A DNA stretch of 64,000 nt from the human T2T-CHM13v2.0 reference genome, Homo sapiens, in the NCBI RefSeq assembly GCF_009914755.1, contig NC_060937.1; one strand, 5' to 3'. Under the pieces are notes generated by a model. It was not told where the DNA came from and did no database searches. It was given only the letters and a program-made list of their open reading frames with translations. How positions within the stretch are numbered: the stretch's first letter is position 1; each line of letters begins with the position of its first letter. Positions 55,105 to 64,000 of the stretch are shown in pieces. The position numbers and the translations under genes are program-made.

Positions 55105-55960
55105 GTGACAGCAGGTCTTGACTCTACTTCAGAAAATTCTTCAAAATCCTTTTCTTTCTATTCCCACAGCTTCACTGAGATTCTCACCATCGCTGGCCAA
55201 CATTGCTATAACAGGCCTGTAACTGCCTTTCCTGCTTTTGGTGTTCCCCAAGCCAATCCTCACTGCTACTAGACTATATAGTTCCTAAGTCAGGTGCACC
55301 CATAGCCACTGAAAAGCTTCAATTTAGTTAAGTACATAATCCTCAGCTTGGGGCCAGGCACGGTGGCTCACGCCTGTAATCCTAGCACTTTGGGAGGCCG
55401 AGGTGGGTAGATCGCCTGAGGTCAGGAGTTCAAGACCAGCCTGACCAGCATAGTGAAACCCTGTCTCTCCTAAAAATACAAAAATTAGCTAGGCATGGTG
55501 GCATGCGCCTGTAATCCCAGCTACTCAGGAGGCTGCAGCAGGAGAATTGCTTTAACCCAGGTGGCAGAGGTTGCAGTGAGCCGAGATTGCATCACCTCAC
55601 TCCAGCCTGGGCAATAAGAGTGAAACTCCGTCTCAAAAAAAAAAAAGAATCCTCAGCTTGGAACATAAATCAGGGCCTTCATAACCTGACTCCATCTGTC
55701 CTCTCCACGTTAGTCCCTATCACATCACTCTCACCTCATACCTTGTAGTAAATCTATTACCATTCCCTGAACTCCCATCAGATCTCTTTACAATTCCTTG
55801 GCTTTGAGGACTTGATGTTCCCCTGTCTGAAGGCTGAGGAGGCTGTCTGCTCACCAGACCCAGGTCAACTAGCACCTCTGCTGTGACGCCTTGCCAGTCA
55901 CAATGTCACTCCTGCCCTGCACACCTGCAGCATTTTGTTCATACTCTAGTGGACCCTGGA
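55105..55960 (+). mobile_element. L2 split by AluS
   Basis: gtcttgactctacttcagaaaatt...attgctataacaggcctgtaactg...ggccttcataacctgactccatctg. Confidence 0.6.
55352..55646 (+). mobile_element. AluS (Sq/Sx-like)
   Basis: Full dimer; TSD aatcctcagcttgg. Confidence 0.95.
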
Positions 55961-57592
55961 CATTCCTAGATTAAACATCTGTGATTTTGGTCTAGTCACC
56001 AAAAATCCTATAAGTTCATAGCAAGACACAATCCTCCATACTGCCTTGGCAGCAGTATGAATTTGAATTATGTATTGTGTTTCACCCAGGATCCATCCAG
56101 GGAAGCCGAAACCATCCTAGATATTTCAAACACAGAGAATTTTGTACAAGAAATTGGTTCTACAGATGACGAAGAGCTAAAAGGCCAAACAGGAGCTAAA
56201 GAGGCAACCCAGAAAGTAGCATCAACAGAAAACTATTGCTGTCCATTAGATAGGAGTGATATTGACAGAAGATGGCATTACTAGTGATGAGAGGACTGGG
56301 CTTCCTGACTAGGGTAGGATCATGTTGTGATTTTCTGATGAGAGCTGGGATCATGAAGGGCAGGGCTTTCTAGGAGGAGGAACCATGCCCACGAAACTGC
56401 ACAAGGAAAAGCAAGAGAAGGAGAAATAACCTGGATTCTCCCAGTCTCCTTCTGTCTTCTAAAAGTGCCTCCCACTGGCTGGATATCCAGATGCCAGATG
56501 CTAAGTCTTCCAGGAAACGTAGTCCTTGTGATTTACAGCCAAGCAGGGAAAGGTCGGGATGGAAAATGAGTGGCACACAGTGTGTGAGGCTGCTGAGCCC
56601 CTCACGTGGCTGCCGAGTGAGCCTCACCAGCTGATCACCGTCTGAGCAAAACACAGAAGTGTGTGTGCTACATATCATGAGTCCTTGGACTGTAATTATA
56701 CCTTGCATGTTGGTTTCCTCTATAAGACTGTGAGCTCAGCAACAGCAGGAACCCAATTTTTATCCCAACACGTAGCACATTATTTGACATACAGTGGGCA
56801 CTCGATAAGTAAATGCCCTTAACCACCAATCCCCTGGATTTACAACATACTTGAACTTGGTATTTCCCAAAGTTTGTTCTGTTGACCATTAATTCAAAGA
56901 GATGTTAATGCATATTACAAGTAAATAGGGCCCTGCCATTCCCAAATAAGTTTGTGAAACAAAGTGTTAAATAAACTTAAGCTGGTTTGTTTATTGCAGA
57001 ATTATTCAGAGCTTTTAAAATGTGCTTGAAGAGGGAACTGTAGTATGACACACCATCGTTTCAACATGCATGACGACTAAATACTTTTTCCAAAGAACTA
57101 ACATTATGCAGGAACCTCAGTTCTAAGGGGACATTGCTTAAATATCTTCACATTGGTAGCATTACTTCCTTTTATCTTTGAAATATTCCCATGAGGTACA
57201 GAAGAATAAGGTCACATCTTGTAGATAGAAGTGTTGCTAATAAATAATTAAATCTAAAGAATACATCAAGTATTAATTGGATATATAAAGTGTCATTTAC
57301 TATTCTAGTCACTGCAGCGTTAGAATAAAAATATAAGTCATCGTTCCTACCCTATTTGAAGAGATAAGAAAAACAGAGAACCATAAAATGAAACTTTCTT
57401 TTTTATCCAACAATATTTTTATACATGCTTTGTACATCAAGATACATGGTGCTATTTGATTATTAAAAATCTGAGACCCATGGAGGGTAATTATTTACTG
57501 AAGTGATAAGCAGGTCAGCTCTGGAGCTTACAATTTCAATTTCATGAATTCTAACAGCAAATCACTAACTGGAATGACATCTACCAGATAAA

Positions 57593-57886
<294 letters not shown>

Positions 57887-60099
57887 AGATAAAGAAAATT
57901 TTTTAAAAACTAGATCCCCAATAATAACTTAACCAATATTAATGACCAGAACTGAGCAATGTTGTATCCAACCCGACGAACCTCTAAAAATGACCATTTA
58001 AAAATCTCTGAGAAATTCCTGGACTTTTTTTTATTATGATATAGCTAAAATTTCCATTTGTTTCTACATTTTATTGATCCAGATTGATAAAGTAGGACAT
58101 TATCCTTCATTTTTAAAGACAGACACAAAGCCTTTGGTTTTGTTATTTAAGAAATATGTCCTTTGGAATTAATATTATCATTAACCTTAATAAAGGATTA
58201 TTACAAAGGCTTCCAACAATGGGTGTCTACACTAGAAAATTTAGCCAGCACACGATCGTCTGTTAAATAATTTTTAAAAGACAGTATGCTTGCTTTGGTC
58301 AGATATTTTGGCATTCTCCCCAAATGGCCTCTCTATTACATATTACATTATTAATATTAACATGTAATACAATTTTTGAATATTGGCAAAAAGTTACTAT
58401 ATCATATTACCAATATTTCTATCATACCAGAAGCATAAACTGAGGGCCAAAGAGACAATAAGAATATTCCCTTATGTTGAGACTTATTCATGGTGAACAA
58501 AAATTCTGATTTCTAAATATAATATAAAGTAGAAGTTTAATCAACACTTTTAATATTATGGTGATAGTATTCATAGCCTAATCAGTAACTAATGGGATAA
58601 CTTTGGTTTTCATGCTCTAAAATTCAGTGTTCTCAGCTGTTAAAAAAAAATTAATCACCTGCTTCACTGAGGTGAAATGAAAACTGAATAAGTTCTACAG
58701 ATCAAGGGTCCCTTCAGGGTGCAGGACCCAAATAAATTAGGAAAATATTGAATCCTATATTCCTCCCCATTTTATCTGGGAGATTGGCAATATGCATCAA
58801 CACACCAAAAGCTCTGTGAAGTTCTGCCGCAATGAATCTATTAACTTTCCAAAACCAAGTGCTTCTCAAACATACTTGTCCCTAAAACTTGTTTTTCTTT
58901 TTCCTGGTAGCACCTATTGGTACACCCAGGAATTAATGTTCCTCAGAACTCACTTAAGGCTGATGCTTCAAGGGAGCAACAAGATCAATTCTTGTGACAT
59001 CCAAGAATAAAAGTTTTGAGTTGCTGCTTTTATTCTTTCTGATTATAACCAACACCCACAATAAGACACCCTTGCCAACCTGGAGAGTTCAAATACAGAG
59101 TGTGTAACAGTGATGACTTTGTGTGGAGTGCAAATTGTATGCATCTCACGATATTTACATTGAATCATGTAAGTATCATTGATATGTAAGTATGATATGA
59201 TACACAGAATGATGTAAAGATCTCTTGAGTGTGGTTTTTGAGTTCTTTCTATGGAAATGTTTATGAATTTACATTCCTCAGTTGGTTTCCTTTGTGACTA
59301 ACAATTTGTTTTCACAAGATAGGTCAACAATTTGCATTTCAGTCTGTTAGTGAGGTTAACTAATCCATACTGACCATGGCCTCAGGGGTATCTGGCTACG
59401 GCTGTGTTTGCTGGTGAAACTAAGGGAAGTAAGTTAAAAATCAAACAACTCTCTTAGAAAGACTCTACTCTGCCTAAAGTAAATGGAGAACTGAACCAGG
59501 TCAAAAATAAATAATTCTAGCGAAAAAGTGTTGCATAGCTGCTAATAAGTCCAAGTATAATGGAAAACTCTATATCCCACTATTTTAAGACTTACTATGA
59601 TTATTATTTTTACTTCAAAAATACAAAGTTAAAAAGTAAAAAATAGTAACTCAAAACGGGGAAAAACTGATAAATTTGGCAAAAAAGAAACTAGATCTGA
59701 GCCTACTCTACCAGAACATGTAGCAGCAACATCACATTGTTGCAGGACGAAGGAGGAAAAACACAGCATTGGGAATGATGGTGGGGTTTGCAATTTGTAG
59801 CTGGAGTCATACATCAAAATATGGTCCTCATCTAAGTATAGCATGGAAAATATTTCATTCTTTTTTATGAGTGTATATACAAGGCTAACCATCACCTAAG
59901 GTCAGCAAGCAATATAAAAGCAAAACCAACAATAAATGCATCTGTTCCTACACCAGTTCTGATGTTCTGCAGCTCAAATCACATCACCCCCAAAATGACC
60001 ACTGCAGAGGTAACAATGATTCACTCTAAGCTTAACAGTGGTGTAAGTCTACATGCCAATACTAGTACAATATGAGGTTTTAGGCAAATAAAATTGGTT

Positions 60100-60262
60100 T
60101 GTATTTCTCCAAATATGGTCTGTGGACCATCTGTGTCTAGAACACGTGGGGAGTTTGTTCAAAGTGCTCCCTGGGCCCCACCCAGACCTTCCCAGCAGTC
60201 TCTCTGGGGCTAGGCCTTGGACTGTTTACATGGAATAAGCTCTCTGGTGATTTTTAAGCCTA
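60100..60262. mobile_element. MER5-type fossil
   Basis: tttctccaaatatggtctgtggaccatctg...ctgggccccacccagacct...taagctctctggtgatt. Confidence 0.6.
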
Positions 60263-60265
60263 CTA

Positions 60266-60586
<321 letters not shown>

Positions 60587-60767
60587 GAATATTCCATTGA
60601 ATCCTGATATGGAGAACTTAGAAACTTCACAGGAAAGCATCAAAACAATAAAAATCTTTCCCACGTTAAGGCTTAGAAAACAAGCTTTTTAGAAAAAAAA
60701 AGTATGTAAAAAACTAAACTGGTGACCATGACAATTTGGAAACATCATTTAAAAACATTATTAGATA

Positions 60768-63615
<2,848 letters not shown>

Positions 63616-63767
63616 AAAAACATTATTAGATACAAACATATAAAATTTTGTGTTCTCTATATTATAAAAGATTTATTAATTCCTCAACATCCTTGCTTTT
63701 AATAAATCCTGAGCTTAGAGTGCATGCTCTCACTGGTGCTCACTGTCAGCCGCCTGTAGTGTATCTT

Positions 63768-64000
63768 CCTTTCTTTCCTTTTTTTTGAGACAGAGTCTTG
63801 CTCTGTCACCCAGGCTGCAGTGGCACAATCTCGGCTCACTGCAATCTCAGCCTCCTGGGTTCAAGCGATTCTCATGCCTCAGCCTCCAGATTAGCTGGAA
63901 CTACAGGCACACGCCACCACATCTGACTAATTTTCGTATTTTTAGTGGAGCCAGGGTTTTGTCATGTTGGGCAGGCTGGTCTCGAGCTCCTGGCCTCAGG
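63768..64000 (-). mobile_element. AluS truncated by the window edge
   Basis: ttgagacagagtcttgctctgtcacccaggctg...ggtctcgagctcctggcctcagg. Confidence 0.93.

Overview
This is AT-rich, CpG-depleted primate (human-like) genomic DNA dominated by interspersed repeats. It holds about 20 Alu copies (J, S and Y ages, many with target-site duplications), a 5'-truncated L1PA with a 17-bp TSD, older L1M/L2/CR1/MIR fragments, an MST (MaLR) provirus, a solo ERV1-type LTR, MER2/MER58/MER91/MER5 DNA-transposon fossils and several microsatellites. I found no intact protein-coding gene, RNA gene, CRISPR array or prokaryotic-type system; the supplied ORFs are repeat-derived or spurious. Several 37-63 nt exon-like segments on the minus strand suggest the window is intronic to a large minus-strand gene or lncRNA, which I could not name. 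The best-supported unusual signals are local rearrangement scars: a 72-bp tandem duplication that copies a splice donor, a 74-bp inverted templated insertion in an MST LTR, a 62-bp templated copy 1.25 kb from its source, an internally permuted old L1 and several micro fold-back events. Repeat subfamily names come from recalled consensus motifs, not a database search. Boundaries of old repeats are approximate.
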